Shown one piece after another: positions 24,273 through 38,330 of a DNA stretch of 64,000 nt. Origin of the DNA: Octopus bimaculoides (taxonomy: Eukaryota); contig NC_069006.1 in assembly GCF_001194135.2 (NCBI RefSeq), positions 611,571-675,570 of the forward strand. The letters are read 5' to 3'. A program made the position numbers and the translations under genes. How positions within the stretch are numbered: position 1 is the first letter of the stretch; the number at the start of each line of letters is the position of its first letter. The notes beneath the pieces were generated by a model. That model saw only the letters and a list, made by a program, of their open reading frames with translations. It did no database searches and had not been told where the DNA came from.

Positions 24273-26725
24273 CTATATGTGTATATATATATATATATAT
24301 ATACAAATATGTGTGTGTGTGTGTGTGTGTTCGTATTGAGTTGTTCAGAGCAATAAATGACTGGGTTGTGTATTCCACAGTCATTATTTTCATCTTGCTC
24401 ACATCGTATAAATCTCATTTTGTGAATTTTTGCTGTATCATTCATTCATTTGGAAACACAATTGCAAACTTAAAACATCGATCCTCGCCTACATCAGCCT
24501 AACATTTCCAATCGTTCGTTCATTCCGTTGGAAACTCTGAAATAATATCAATAATTTCTCACTTAACAGTAACTGCGCTAACTCGACAATCCGACAATAA
24601 TATTCCCTGTTGGCATTATAGTGAACTGGTGGAGAATTGTTTTAAAGCTAACTCTTATCAACTTATTCGTACACAGCAAGAAACCTGAAAGGAAATTTCC
24701 TACAAGCCTCTCCAAACACATTGGAAAGAAACAAGGATATATGGTGTTTAAGATCCAGTGGTCGGTCTTCAGACATGCGGATTCATATGTGCATCGTAGT
24801 TTTCGCTCAAACATACGCTCAAGTTATGCTTAAACGATAAAAATATTCATACTTCAAACTGAGACTGGATTGTTATGTTTGTGTAAGGCATGTTTCGAAG
24901 CCAATACTCTTCCCTTCCTACAAAGTTGCTGCCCTTGCGACAAAATTTGAAATCATTATCATTGAGAATATACCATCCCAAACTGATCGTAACGAATGGC
25001 TTCGTGTGTGTGTGTGTGTATACATACATATGCATATATATAAATGGACGTACGTGTGTATGCATGTGCCTGTACGTATATACGTGCGTTTGTGTATATA
25101 AATTTGTGTGTATGTGTATATACACATCACCAAATTACAGTCTATAGCTTTTTCCTAATTTACAAAAAGCATTAGTAACATAGCAATTCTTTTAATTGTT
25201 TTTTAATTATCTTCCAGTTTGTTCGACACACCCGAAAAATGGTTCTGTTTAGCAGCACCATCAATGCAACTACTATCCCTCCCCACCATCACCTGTATCC
25301 TCACCCCCACCACTATCAACCTGCACCGATGCCCCACTACCAGCACTGCACCACTTTCAAACCATCACCAACACTGCACCACCATCACCCTCCACCGCCA
25401 TCAAGAACCCACTATCACCATGACCACTGCTGTTACAAGCACTATCAGCTCTGTTTCCTACACTAAACTATATCACCACCACCACCACCACCACCACCAC
25501 CACAACCTCCACGAACAACACNNNNNNNNNNNNNNNNNNNNNNNNNNNNNNNNNNNNNNNNNNNNNNNNNNNNNNNNNNNNNNNNNNNNNNNNNNNNNNN
25601 NNNNNNNNNNNNNNNNNNNNNNNNNNNNNNNNNNNNNNNNNNNNNNNNNNNNNNNNNNNNNNNNNNNNNNNNNNNNNNNNNNNNNNNNNNNNNNNNNNNN
25701 NNNNNNNNNNNNNNNNNNNNNNNNNNNNNNNNNNNNNNNNNNNNNNNNNNNNNNNNNNNNNNNNNNNNNNNNNNNNNNNNNNNNNNNNNNNNNNNNNNNN
25801 NNNNNNNNNNNNNNNNNNNNNNNNNNNNNNNNNNNNNNNNNNNNNNNNNNNNNNNNNNNNNNNNNNNNNNNNNNNNNNNNNNNNNNNNNNNNNNNNNNNN
25901 NNNNNNNNNNNNNNNNNNNNNNNNNNNNNNNNNNNNNNNNNNNNNNNNNNNNNNNNNNNNNNNNNNNNNNNNNNNNNNNNNNNNNNNNNNNNNNNNNNNN
26001 NNNNNNNNNNNNNNNNNNNNNNNNNNNNNNNNNNNNNNNNNNNNNNNNNNNNNNNNNNNNNNNNNNNNNNNNNNNNNNNNNNNNNNTGTGTGTGTGTGTG
26101 TGTGTGTTAAGACTAAGAAATATAAAGATATTTTACAACTGGAAAAAGATTTAAATCAAAACAGCGGAAAATTGTGAGTTGTCGAACACCGAGACACGAC
26201 AAACAAGAAACAAGGGGTTGGCCTACAACAATCGTATTTAAGTATCTAAGAGCATCACTTCGCTGCCTTGAGTGTGTTTAAGTGTGTAACGCACGCATAA
26301 AGGAAGACAGAATTCAACTGCAAACAACATCAATAAGATTTACCACAACAACGACAACAGGAACTGTTATATAATAATAAACCTTAACACCATCATCATC
26401 ACCAGCCACAAACAACGAGTAACCGTGCACGTATCCCTGTAACAGGACTTGCTATTGCTGAGCTATCTTTAATATAAACTGCTGCCTAACTAGTTTTCCG
26501 TATGGGTTCACACAATACGTTTTCTTAAAATCTAACGAAAATATGCACAAACTAAATAGGAAAGCGAAAAGTGTTGAAATAAAACAAGTGTGAGATGGGA
26601 GTACGCAGGAAGTGTGTTTCTACTTTGGCTATTTCTTTTTTTTTTTTATAAATATATTTATTTTTGTTATGTTGTCGACATCTGTGTAACAACATGGCGC
26701 ACGGGTATGAATCTGCAGAGGTATA

Positions 26726-26761
<36 letters not shown>

Positions 26762-26895
26762 NNNNNNNNNNNNNNNNNNNNNNNNNNNNNNNNNNNNNNN
26801 NNNNNNNNNNNNNNNNNNNNNNNNNNNNNNNNNNNNNNNNNNNNNNNNNNNNNNNNNNNNNNNNNNNNNNNNNNNNNNNNNNNNNNNNNNNNNNN

Positions 26896-26965
26896 ATATA
26901 TATACATACACACACACACACACACATGTATTTATTTGTAAATACATGTATATACAAGTGCTTCT

Positions 26966-27019
<54 letters not shown>

Positions 27020-27180
27020 CATATATACACATATATAATCATTTATTTGTAAATACATGTATATACAAGCGCTTATACACATATATATAATATATATTAT
27101 ATATACATATATACACATGCATAGAGATAATCATTTATTTGTAATACATGTATATACAAGCGCTTATATATATATATATA
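26896..27180. repeat. Minisatellite: 3 copies of atttatttgt(a)aatacatgtatatacaag(c/t)gctt separated by (TA)/(CA) tracts
   Basis: Copies near 26930, 27040 and 27132. Confidence 0.75.
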
Positions 27181-27195
27181 TATGGGGGGGGGTGC

Positions 27196-27240
<45 letters not shown>

Positions 27241-27337
27241 AGGTATGTATGTAAAAACCACATAAACACATTTTAGATATTAAACACAAATATGTAAACA
27301 AACACTTGAAACGAGTTCTTGCGTGCTAACACACACT

Positions 27338-27371
<34 letters not shown>

Positions 27372-27773
27372 GACGTCTTTATAAATTTCCTTCGTTTAAC
27401 TTTCTCCCTTGATTTAACATTGAACACATCGCCATATAAACTGCTGCTGCTGTTGCTGCGATGAGAGAAATGAAGACAATGGTGAAGTTGCACCAGCACC
27501 ATCATCATCGTCCTCATCGCCACCGCCACTAAAACAATCATCGCCGCAACCACCACACCACCACCATTATTATTATTATTATCATCGGAGTCGACACCAC
27601 CACCACCAACATCGGAAACATCATCATCCCCGCTACTATCATCATCATCCTCATCATCACCACCACCACCATAATCCCATCATCATCACGATATATTTAT
27701 TTATTTACCGTCATTATTATAGTTATTATTTTTATAATAATAATAATAATTTATTTTATTATCATTATCGTTG

Positions 27774-27811
<38 letters not shown>

Positions 27812-28298
27812 GCCAAGGAAACACAGTTGACTAGCTTTTGGCGTCTGGTTAAAAGGATTTTTTTCGTATTGCAGCGCCACAGGGAATGGCATAAGTCCTC
27901 AATATTACTTTAGATTTTCCCACTAAGATCGATCACGAAGCCACCGCCCTACCCACCCCTTCCACATCACTTGTTCTCCCCACCCCCAACTTCCCTCTCC
28001 TTCTGCTCACCACAGCTTAATAATAATGACGATGATGATGATGCTCGCCTATCATAGTTTGGGATGCTGAGAGTTTGATTTTCGTTAGCGTTGATGCTGT
28101 CGTTGGTGTTGTTGTTGTTCCTCTTTTTGCTGTCTTTTTTATAGCTAATATGTTTATATATTTGTCTTTGTTCGATTGTTTAACCTGTTTCTTTTTTATT
28201 TTATTCTATTTAACGTTACATTTTTGTTGCCTTTTTTTATTCACATTTTTAATTGTTTTAATTTATATATATGCGTATATAAATTAAAATTATATGTT

Positions 28299-28364
<66 letters not shown>

Positions 28365-28734
28365 NNNNNNNNNNNNNNNNNNNNNNNNNNNNNNNNNNNN
28401 NNNNNNNNNNNNNNNNNNNNNNNNNNNNNNNNNNNNNNNNNNNNNNNNNNNNNNNNNNNNNNNNNNNNNNNNNNNNNNNNNNNNNNNNNNNNNNNNNNNN
28501 NNNNNNNNNNNNNNNNNNNNNNNNNNNNNNNNNNNNNNNNNNNNNNNNNNNNNNNNNNNNNNNNNNNNNNNNNNNNNNNNNNNNNNNNNNNNNNNNNNNN
28601 NNNNNNNNNNNNNNNNNNNNNNNNNNNNNNNNNNNNNNNNNNNNNNNNNNNNNNNNNNNNNNNNNNNNNNNNNNNNNNNNNNNNNNNNNNNNNNNNNNNN
28701 NNNNNNNNNNNNNNNNNNNNNNNNNNNNNNNNNG

Positions 28735-28855
28735 AAAACTGAAAGAAGCCTGTCGTGTATATATACATATTTACAAGTTTGTGTGTGTCTGTGGTTCTCT
28801 CCCACACGCCGGTTATAACCAGTGTTGGTTTGTATACGTCTCTGTAACTTAGTGG
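28735..28855 (+). mobile_element. SINE family C middle fragment
   Basis: gaaaactgaaagaagcctgtcgtg..cagtgttggtttgtatacgtctctgtaacttagtgg. Confidence 0.7.
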
Positions 28856-28874
28856 TATACATTCATACAAAGTA

Positions 28875-28926
<52 letters not shown>

Positions 28927-29507
28927 TCATACACCATTCAAACGCTTGCTCGCTCTACTCTCTCTCTCTCTCCAATCCTTATTGCTGTTGTTCTGAGAAA
29001 GCTTTCTGCTCGTGCCATTGTATTTTTTGCTGATTTTAATTTATTTATCCTGTTTATTTGTTGCTGCTGTTGTTGTTGTTGTTGTTCTCCTTCGTCAACC
29101 TCGTCTGCTGGATATGAACAGAGGCCCTGCCTGCAACAAACAGCCACTTCAAAACAGCTTACGTGTTGTCGGTGATACATTTACAGAAAATCCAGAACAA
29201 CAACAACGACGACGACGGCGACGACGAACATAGTCGCTCCCGTTTTGTACAAAACGTCTTTCCGCATTTCGTCAGAAGTTTAAATCTTAGGCCAATGGTA
29301 GAGCGGAGATGGTCATTTGTTAGTTGGAATGTTTCAAGTCGCGTCTTTGGATATCGATGATGACTATCAGAACAGTCTCCTCTGGAGGACTTTCCCGTTG
29401 GGGAATTTTGATCATTTTCGAAAGGCCCCATGACTGATTGGACGATGTCACGCATTCTGATGTTCCGACCGATGATCGATAGATGTTCGAGCCCAACCTC
29501 GTTTGCA

Positions 29508-29664
29508 TTAGTTCCAATGTCCAGTCATTCCTCCGTTGGAATCCCGACTGGAATTCTCCACAGGAATACTTTGTTTTTTCTCTTTCGTTTGTTCCTTGCA
29601 GCTGTTAATTTGAAATTGTTCATGAGTAACATTAAAGCGGTCCACGTCGCCGAGGACGAAGGAC
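29508..29664 (-). CDS. Candidate terminal coding exon (phase 2), unknown product
   Basis: Minus-strand acceptor gcttctacag|G; frame SFVLGDVDRFNVTHEQFQINSCKEQTKEKKQSIPVENSSRDSNGGMTGHWN-stop; followed by ~300 bp of non-repetitive UTR-like sequence. No homology recognised. Confidence 0.25.
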
Positions 29665-29757
29665 CTGTAGAAGCTACGGGCACTGCCCTTTCGTTAAAGA
29701 AACTAATAAAAAGGAATCGGACAATATAACATCGGTTTTTATATGAATGGTTTGCAT

Positions 29758-29792
<35 letters not shown>

Positions 29793-29793
<1 letters not shown>

Positions 29794-30006
29794 AGAGTAA
29801 TCGCTCACTATATCGCGATTCACCTATCGCGGTTTATTATTTAAACTTACGTCGATTCCTTGTGGTGTTGATGCGCATTTATAATAAAATAAATACAAAT
29901 TATAAAAATAAAATATGCCGTGCAGTACTGTTTCTACTTCGCGGATTTTCACCTGCCGCGGGGGGTTTTGGTGCGTAACACCTGCGATAGTCGAAGGATT
30001 GCTGTA
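29793..30006. mobile_element. Tigger/pogo-like MITE (~210 bp) with TIRs
   Basis: Left cagagtaatcgctcactatatcgcg and right gcgatagtcgaaggattgctg|TA form imperfect inverted repeats of the CAGTAATCCCTCG type. Confidence 0.7.
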
Positions 30007-30071
30007 CACAAACACACACGCAACACATGTGTGTTGCATGTATGTGCACACACAGACAGGCAGACAAACAC

Positions 30072-30233
30072 CGACATACGCAGGCATGGTTTACCCACCA
30101 CATGGTTCCCGATTCAGTCTCACGGCGTAGTAACTTGGGCGAGTGTGTTCTACTATACACCAGGGCCGACCAAAGCCCTGTGAGCAGATTTGGTTGACGG
30201 ACACTAAAGAAGCTCGTCCTATACACAAATGTG

Positions 30234-30260
<27 letters not shown>
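30072..30260 (+). mobile_element. SINE family C head half
   Basis: accacatggttcccgattcagtctcacggcgtag..cttgggcgagtgtgttctactata..gggccgaccaaagcc..actaaagaagc. Confidence 0.8.
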
Positions 30261-30283
<23 letters not shown>

Positions 30284-31621
30284 GGCTCAGAATTCTATAG
30301 AATATCTATAGTTTATCTTAAAAGAAAAAAAGATAAACTTACATACATGACAATCAGACAGACAAGATAGATTGAGAGACAGACATACAGATAGATAAAC
30401 AAATAGAGACAATGAGAGAGGAGGGAGAAGGTAAATAGAAAAAAACAGTCAGGAAGATAGGTATAAAAGCAGGTAGAAAGACATACAGACAGATGGATAG
30501 AACGATATACAGAAACACAGACAGACAGACAGATAGATAGATAGACAGAATGATACACAGGACAGACAGACACATAGCTAGCTAGATAGATACATACATA
30601 CACACACACACACACACATACATACGTAGACAGATAGACAGATTAACTTTAATGTGGAATCAAATTTAAATATCAAACCGATTATTCAGGCTTTCACGAA
30701 AACTACCAAAAATAATAAAATGGCGGCCAAAATATGATTTCAGATAAAGGAAATATTTAATACTGAGAGATAAAACTGTTTTATTAAATATAATATTTTG
30801 ATGTTGGCCACAGTCCACTGGGTGGAACCGGTGGATAGAAACACCTGCATACATATGTACATGTGAAGAGAAGTGTTTTACACACACACNNNNNNNNNNN
30901 NNNNNNNNNNNNNNNNNNNNNNNNNNNNNNNNNNNNNNNNNNNNNNNNNNNNNNNNNNNNNNNNNNNNNNNNNNNNNNNNNNNNNNNNNNNNNNNNNNNN
31001 NNNNNNNNNNNNNNNNNNNNNNNNNNNNNNNNNNNNNNNNNNNNNNNNNNNNNNNNNNNNNNNNNNNNNNNNNNNNNNNNNNNNNNNNNNNNNNNNNNNN
31101 NNNNNNNNNNNNNNNNNNNNNNNNNNNNNNNNNNNNNNNNNNNNNNNNNNNNNNNNNNNNNNNNNNNNNNNNNNNNNNNNNNNNNNNNNNNNNNNNNNNN
31201 NNNNNNNNNNNNNNNNNNNNNNNNNNNNNNNNNNNNNNNNNNNNNNNNNNNNNNNNNNNNNNNNNNNNNNNNNNNNNNNNNNNNNNNNNNNNNNNNNNNN
31301 NNNNNNNNNNNNNNNNNNNNNNNNNNNNNNNNNNNNNNNNNNNNNNNNNNNNNNNNNNNNNNNNNNNNNNNNNNNNNNNNNNNNNNNNNNNNNNNNNNNN
31401 NNNNNNNNNNNNNNNNNNNNNNNNNNNNNNNNNNNNNNNNNNNNNNNNNNNNNNNNNNNNNNNNNNNNNNNNNNNNNNNNNNNNNNNNNNNNNNNNNNNN
31501 NNNNNNNNNNNNNNNNNNNNNNNNNNNNNNNNNNNNNNNNNNNNNNNNNNNNNNNNNNNNNNNNNNNNNNNNNNNNNNNNNNNNNNNNNNNNNNNNNNNN
31601 NNNNNNNNNNNNNNNNNNNNN

Positions 31622-31678
<57 letters not shown>

Positions 31679-32081
31679 GTACAGACACACATTTGTGTGT
31701 ATATGAGATTATATTTGGTAGATTGTTATAAGAAAATAGTTGAAGAGATAAGATTCATCTGTAGACACTGAGATAAATAAACAGAAATAAACAGAAATAG
31801 ATGGTTTTTGACTCAGCGTATATATCTGAATGTGTATGTGCGTGAATAAGTGAGCGTACTTACATTTCTCTGTTCGGGTGTATAAATGTGTGTAGTATGT
31901 GTGTGTGTGTTGACACACGCACACACAAACTATGCAAAGACTTTCTGGAAGATCGTATTGAGCACTGTGATATGTGTGTATGTGTCTGTGTACATGTGTG
32001 AGTGTGTATGTGGGAGTGCAAGTGTGTGTTCGCACGCGCACCCTGCAATATAATCTGAAGGATCTTCTTCAGCACTTCGGT

Positions 32082-32132
<51 letters not shown>

Positions 32133-32439
32133 TATGCTTGAGCCTTTCATTAAGAATCTTGTCTAAGATTTCGGGCGTGTCTTGCATTGGCAACACGAAA
32201 CGAAGCATAGAACGAGTTGTTGTGATGATGATGATGTATATATTTTTATCCATGTGCAAGGAGTAAACTGGAACGTGTGGGTGGATCACTGACCAAAGGG
32301 AAAAGATATATCCTACATACACATATACACAAATTGATAGGTAGATAGATAGATAGGTAGATAGATAGATAGGTAGATAGATAGATAGGTAGATAGATAG
32401 ATAGGTAGATAGATAGATAAACAGGCAGATACAAGCACA

Positions 32440-32476
<37 letters not shown>

Positions 32477-33926
32477 CGATATATATATGCACAGATACGT
32501 ATTCAAAAAGATAGATACGTACATACAAACATATAAACTACTGTAAACAAAACACTTGCCATATTTTCATTACACACACACAAGTGCAAAGACAGATATT
32601 TAGTTTCATGGACAGATAAATATTTTGAAAGACAGATAGGTCCTAGAGAGATGGTTAGATAAGATACATACGTACGTACATGCATTCATGCATACATTTA
32701 CATACACACACATACATACATATATGCATGTGTGTATATATATATATATATATATATGGATGAATGTGGTGTGTGTTTTTTGTATTAACACAGACAACAT
32801 TCTCCGTTTCTTATTTCTTTTTTACACTATTTAGTCAATAACCAAATACAAGATTTGTTTCTTTTGTTTGCTCTTTTTTTTCTTTATCAGTTCCAAAGTA
32901 GCTTCAACGAAAATTGTTTTGAATAAATGGGGTGGATAGCAGGATGTTTCTTTATCTAAAACGATTTTAGAATGAATAGAATGAATGGAAATTATAATTT
33001 GGCAGGGTGGACAGACGGACTTTATCTTAAACGGTGTAAAACGGTGTAAATGGGCGTGGGTGGTCTTATCTAAATTCTAAAATTTCTCCTTATCACTAGT
33101 GTGTGTATATATATTATATAGATATATTATAATCCTTTAGGTGAATATTAAATTGTTTTTATATATAACTTGAAATGAAAACAAACATTGTGCGCGCACA
33201 GAGAGAAAGGGAGAAAGAGTGTGTGAGAATTATATAGACAGCTAGATTCAACAATATATGTAGACAGACAGACAAACCGATAGATAAAATGACAGATGAA
33301 CACTTACGCACATACAGATAGATAGATAGATAGATAGATACGTAGAGATAGATAGACAGAGATAGATAGACAGAGATAGATAGACAGAGATAGATAGACA
33401 GAGATAGATAGACAGAGATAGATAATAGATAGATACGTAATCTTCCATATAGGTAACTTGACATAAAAGCAAACATCTACATATACACATACACACATAT
33501 ATATGTATATATACATGAAATATTTACAACTTAAAAGAATTTATTGAAATAACCATTGTACACATGTTTCCATAATAGACTTATTATACATGTATGTAAT
33601 AAATATTCATCACTGTCAGTAATTGAAATTCAAATAAATGATAAAAATGAAGAGAAATATAGCGTTTGATATAACACACTGAAGAATATATACTATACAG
33701 CCATACGGTGTGTGTCCCCACATACATACATACAGTAGCTATAATAACGACATGAACAAAAATCTTATCAAGAAGAACTTTTATGTTAAACTCATTAAAA
33801 TAAAACAATAACAGACACCGGTCGTTAATTAATGCAATCGCTGGAGCATGGACAAAATTGCCTACGAAAGGCATTTAATTGTGGCCTTTGACGTTGCGAG
33901 TTTCAACATCGGTAGCGTGAACTTAC

Positions 33927-34011
33927 TCCACGCGATTCCTTCCTGGTTTTGATAAAATACGTAGGCTAGCATTGAAGTATTGGGAATCGATATGATGGAA
34001 TGCGCAACAAT
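33927..34011 (-). CDS. Candidate internal exon (85 nt, phase 1 to 2)
   Basis: Strong donor GA|gtaagt, weak acceptor taaacag|A; open frame (D)CCAFHHIDSQYFNASLRILSKPGRNRV(E). Confidence 0.2.
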
Positions 34012-34164
34012 CTGTTTACCTTAGCCCCTCAACCCAAATGTGTGACAGGGAGTGTGTTTGAACGAGAAATCAATAGGGGGAAAAACAAAAAAACAAATCT
34101 ACACTAAAAATACATTCTCATATCTATAGTGACACACCTTAATAAACAAAAGCACACACATACA

Positions 34165-34226
<62 letters not shown>

Positions 34227-34334
34227 CACATATATATATATATACACACCTATAAGTGTATGCATGTGTGTGTCCACACAGACGCACCTAAGTATATATC
34301 TAGATGCGTGTGTATATTTATATGCGTGAATAAT

Positions 34335-34552
34335 GTGATGAGCTGGCTGAATCGTTAGCTCACCGGGAAATGTGCTTAGCGGCATTTCGTCCGTCTTTAC
34401 GTTCTGAGTTCAAATTCCGCCGAGGTCAACTTTGCCGTTCATCCTTTCGGGTTCGATAAATTAAGTACCAGTGAAACACTGGGGTTGATGTAATCAACTA
34501 GTCCCCTCCCCACCCAAATTTCAGGCCTTGTCTCTTTAGTAGAAAGGCTATT
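34335..34552 (+). mobile_element. SINE family A copy, full length
   Basis: gagctggctgaatcgttagc..ttacgttctgagttcaaattccgccgaggtcaactttgcc..caggccttg..agtagaaagg. Confidence 0.9.
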
Positions 34553-34584
34553 TATATGCGTATGTTTATATGCATATATATATA

Positions 34585-34772
34585 CGAGGGAGTGCTGAAA
34601 AGTTCCTAGTTTTGAATAAAAGAAAACACAGGAAGATCAGTTAATGATTATTTTGTTAAACATATTCCCTCTCAGATTCAAACACTTATTGCAGCGGTCC
34701 TTCAGTTTTTCTAAACCCTGTAAAAGAACTCGGAAGGTTGGGCCTTCAAGCAGACATTTCGCGATATCCTTA
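34585..34772. mobile_element. Mariner-type MITE or terminal fragment
   Basis: TA|CGAGGGAGTGCTGAAAAGTTCC resembles Hsmar2/irritans-type mariner TIRs; the partner TIR was not found. Confidence 0.55.
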
Positions 34773-34789
34773 ATATATATATAATAGCT

Positions 34790-35030
34790 TTTGATTTAGG
34801 AACAGAGACAGCAGTTTTTAGGGAAGGGGTCAGTCGATAATATCGACTTCATTTCTCAACTAGTGCTATATTTTATGGACACCGGACGGACGAAAAGTAT
34901 TGTTAACGTAGGCGTAATTTGAACTCAGAACGAAAAACTCCATACTCAGTGCCACAAAGCATTTTCCATAACGATCTTGTCACTCCCAGTAATAATCCTT
35001 TCTGCTATAGGCACAAGGCCAGAAATTTGT
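34790..35030 (-). mobile_element. SINE family A copy plus the tail of a second copy
   Basis: gtcgataatatcgac..ggcgtaatttgaactcagaacg..aagcatttt; then aatcctttctgctataggcacaaggcc. Confidence 0.7.
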
Positions 35031-35039
35031 TTATATTCG

Positions 35040-36125
35040 TACCAACTTTTTACCCTTTCGAATAAATTTAGATCAAACACATATCAGATGCTGCATACTC
35101 TTTGAATTCAAAAGAGGTGCTTCAGCAATGGAAGCAACAAGAAATATTCGTTCTGTCTATGAAAATAACGCTCTGAGTGTCCAGAGAGGCTAACTATGGT
35201 CTGACCAGTTTCGGTCATGTATTTTGTTTTGGTTAGATTCCCCTAGATCTGGACAAGCAAATTCTTCCAATATCGAGCTTCTAAAAACCACAATTGAGGA
35301 AAATCCAAAGCAAATTGCACGAGCATTAGCAAAAATGGTTCAATTTAAGACACATGAAGTAGGAAAAGTGTTTAAACTTGGTTAGTTGGTTCCTCACCAT
35401 CAGACTGCTGCTTAACTTAGTCAAAGAATTGCTCTCTGCTTGTCATTGAAGAATACACATCCTACCGAACTTTACCTGAGTAGAATGATCATAAGTGATG
35501 AAATGTGGGTTTTCTATAATCATTCCCAATGAAAATGATAACGGTTAGCACCCAATGAAAGAGGAGAATCCATCTTCAAACCAGGACTACACCCGAAAAT
35601 AGTTTGATGGAACATGAAGGGTGTCGTGTGTTAAACCAAAACTAAGCAGCTAATGCGGAAGGTTATCAATTGGTGGTAGCATGACACAAAAATTTGCAGA
35701 AATAGTGTCCTTCAGTGGACAATCGTAAAAGGGTGTTGATCATACATGATAATGCAAGACCACATATTTCTCAAGCCACTCGGGAATAGAATATGGCATC
35801 AAACAGGGGAATCTTAATACAACCTCCTTACCCTCCTGACTTTGATCCATCTGACTATCATCTTTTATGATCATTGCACCCTTATTTTGAGGGAAAACAG
35901 TTCATTAATAGTGAAGAGGTTAAAAATGATATGGAGTATTTCTTTGCTTCGAAACCTGAAGAATTTTATACTCGAAGGACGAACAGTTTGCCAAAGAGAT
36001 AGGATTATGCTATAAAAAAATGAGAGGAAATACAATGCTTTGATAAAATATATCAATTAAGACCAAAGAACCATTCATTTCTTTCTCATCTTGAAACATA
36101 TCAGTACTTTCTTTCCAGCCTAATA
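35040..36125 (+). mobile_element. Decayed mariner (DD34D) transposon: transposase pseudogene plus right TIR
   Basis: HIRCCILFEFKRGASAMEATRNI (HTH), LVPH, SDEMWVFY, HDNARPH, PPYPPDFDPSDYHL, FFASKPEEFY; many stops and frameshifts; 3' TIR tactttctttccagcctaa|TA. Confidence 0.9.
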
Positions 36126-36224
36126 AGTATGTATGTATGTATGTATGTACATAGGTAGGTAGGTAGGTAGGTAGGTAAGTAGGTATATTTGTATGTATGT
36201 ATGTATGTATGTATGTATGTCATT

Positions 36225-36660
36225 ATTCAGTTTTATTTCAAGATTTCTTGCCAATAGAGAAAGAACCGGTTTCTAACCTAGATCCAAGGTTCCCTCATTG
36301 GAATTTCAACATCAACAGAGTATATTTGTATGTATGTATGTATATGTGCAGGTTTATAGGTTTTGTTTTACGTATGTATTCTTATGCATATAGTTACATG
36401 TCGAGACAAGTTCATAAATACTTAATTCATAAACTTCTGGTAAGTTTAACTGATTTTTACAGTTCTAGTAATGACTTGGATTTGTAGTCTTCGAATCGGC
36501 TTTTTCTGTTCTGGTTTTGAGAACCCTAATTTCTCAAGATTGGTATTTAGGTAGTGTGTTACATATCCCAGTATTCCAATAATTACAGGTATAAACCTGA
36601 ACTTGTAATCTGGATAGAGTAGCTATAGATTCCTCAATAGTTCGCAAAGATATTTTCTTT
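36225..36660 (-). mobile_element. 3' end of an R4/Dong-type (RLE) non-LTR retrotransposon
   Basis: Minus frame ELLRNL*LLYPDYKFRFIPVIIGILGYVTHYLNTNLEKLGF..RRLQIQVITRTVKI resembles the C-terminus of RLE-bearing ORFs; 3' UTR then (CATA)n. Confidence 0.7.
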
Positions 36661-37221
36661 TTCGTTGACCTTTAGCTTTATGTTAACATCCGCTGAGCAG
36701 CTGATTTCCACAACTATACACAGTTTCTCTTTTCTATGTATGTATGTATGTCTGCATGTGAATTTATGCACGTGTCTGACTTTATGTGAGTGTTTAATAG
36801 TGTACGTGTATGTCTGTGTATGTACGTGTGCGTGCTTTCCTTTCGGATATTTGAAGAATGTTTAATGCGAAAAAAACAGAAAATGAAAAACATCCAAACT
36901 AAACATCAGAAAATCTCGAAAACCCCCTTTATAATCCCTTCCCCATTACTCTCACTTTCTTTCTATTCTTCTTTTGGCCTTCAATGTATTATTATTATTA
37001 TTACTACTATTATTACTATTTGCGTATTGTGTTAAGGAGATATTTTCTTGCAGAAGTTAAAATAATATTTATCAGACACCAACTATTAATAAGGGTCGAT
37101 GCTTGCAATAATATTTTAGAATGGAATGGTAACAAAAACAAAACTATTGCGGGAGAATACATAGAAAATGTGTATATGTGAGTGTGTATGTATGTGTGTG
37201 TGTATAAAAAGAGAAACAGAG

Positions 37222-37252
<31 letters not shown>

Positions 37253-38330
37253 AGGGGAGGGTCCGCGTAACAGTTGAAACTAATGCATTTTTAAAACTTG
37301 CCCTCTTATACGTGATGTGTGTGTGTGCGTGCGCGCGTCATGAGTTTGGGTAAACGGTCAGTGAATATCATTCAACCCCAGTACTTAATGTTACTTTGTT
37401 TTATTAACCTTCGAAGTATATTCCCATCCATCCCATATATTTCATTCATACAGTTTTCATTGACATACATATATATATATATAAATATATATATATATAN
37501 NNNNNNNNNNNNNNNNNNNNNNNNNNNNNNNNNNNNNNNNNNNNNNNNNNNNNNNNNNNNNNNNNNNNNNNNNNNNNNNNNNNNNNNNNNNNNNNNNNNN
37601 NNNNNNNNNNNNNNNNNNNNNNNNNNNNNNNNNNNNNNNNNNNNNNNNNNNNNNNNNNNNNNNNNNNNNNNNNNNNNNNNNNNNNNNNNNNNNNNNNNNN
37701 NNNNNNNNNNNNNNNNNNNNNNNNNNNNNNNNNNNNNNNNNNNNNNNNNNNNNNNNNNNNNNNNNNNNNNNNNNNNNNNNNNNNNNNNNNNNNNNNNNNN
37801 NNNNNNNNNNNNNNNNNNNNNNNNNNNNNNNNNNNNNNNNNNNNNNNNNNNNNNNNNNNNNNNNNNNNNNNNNNNNNNNNNNNNNNNNNNNNNNNNNNNN
37901 NNNNNNNNNNNNNNNNNNNNNNNNNNNNNNNNNNNNNNNNNNNNNNNNNNNNNNNNNNNNNNNNNNNNNNNNNNNNNNNNNNNNNNNNNNNNNNNNNNNN
38001 NNNNNNNNNNNNNNNNNNNNNNNNNNNNNNNNNNNNNNNNNNNNNNNNNNNNNNNNNNNNNNNNNNNNNNNNNNNNNNNNNNNNNNNNNNNNNNNNNNNN
38101 NNNNNNNNNNNNNNNNNNNNNNNNNNNNNNNNNNNNNNNNNNNNNNNNNNNNNNNNNNNNNNNNNNNNNNNNNNNNNNNNNNNNNNNNNNNNNNNNNNNN
38201 NNNNNNNNNNNNNNNNNNNNNNNNNNNNNNNNNNNNNNNNNNNNNNNNNNNNNNNNNNNNNNNNNNNNNNNNNNNNNNNNNNNNNNNNNNNNNNNNNNNN
38301 NNNNNNNNNNNNNNNNNNNNNNNNNNNNNN

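Noticed and set aside
29601-29729. Very strong-looking plus-strand acceptor (ttttttctctttcgtttgttccttgcag) and a 42-codon frame
   Set aside because: The pyrimidine tract is equally explained as the antisense of a Lys/Glu-rich minus-strand frame; kept only as an alternative in the findings.
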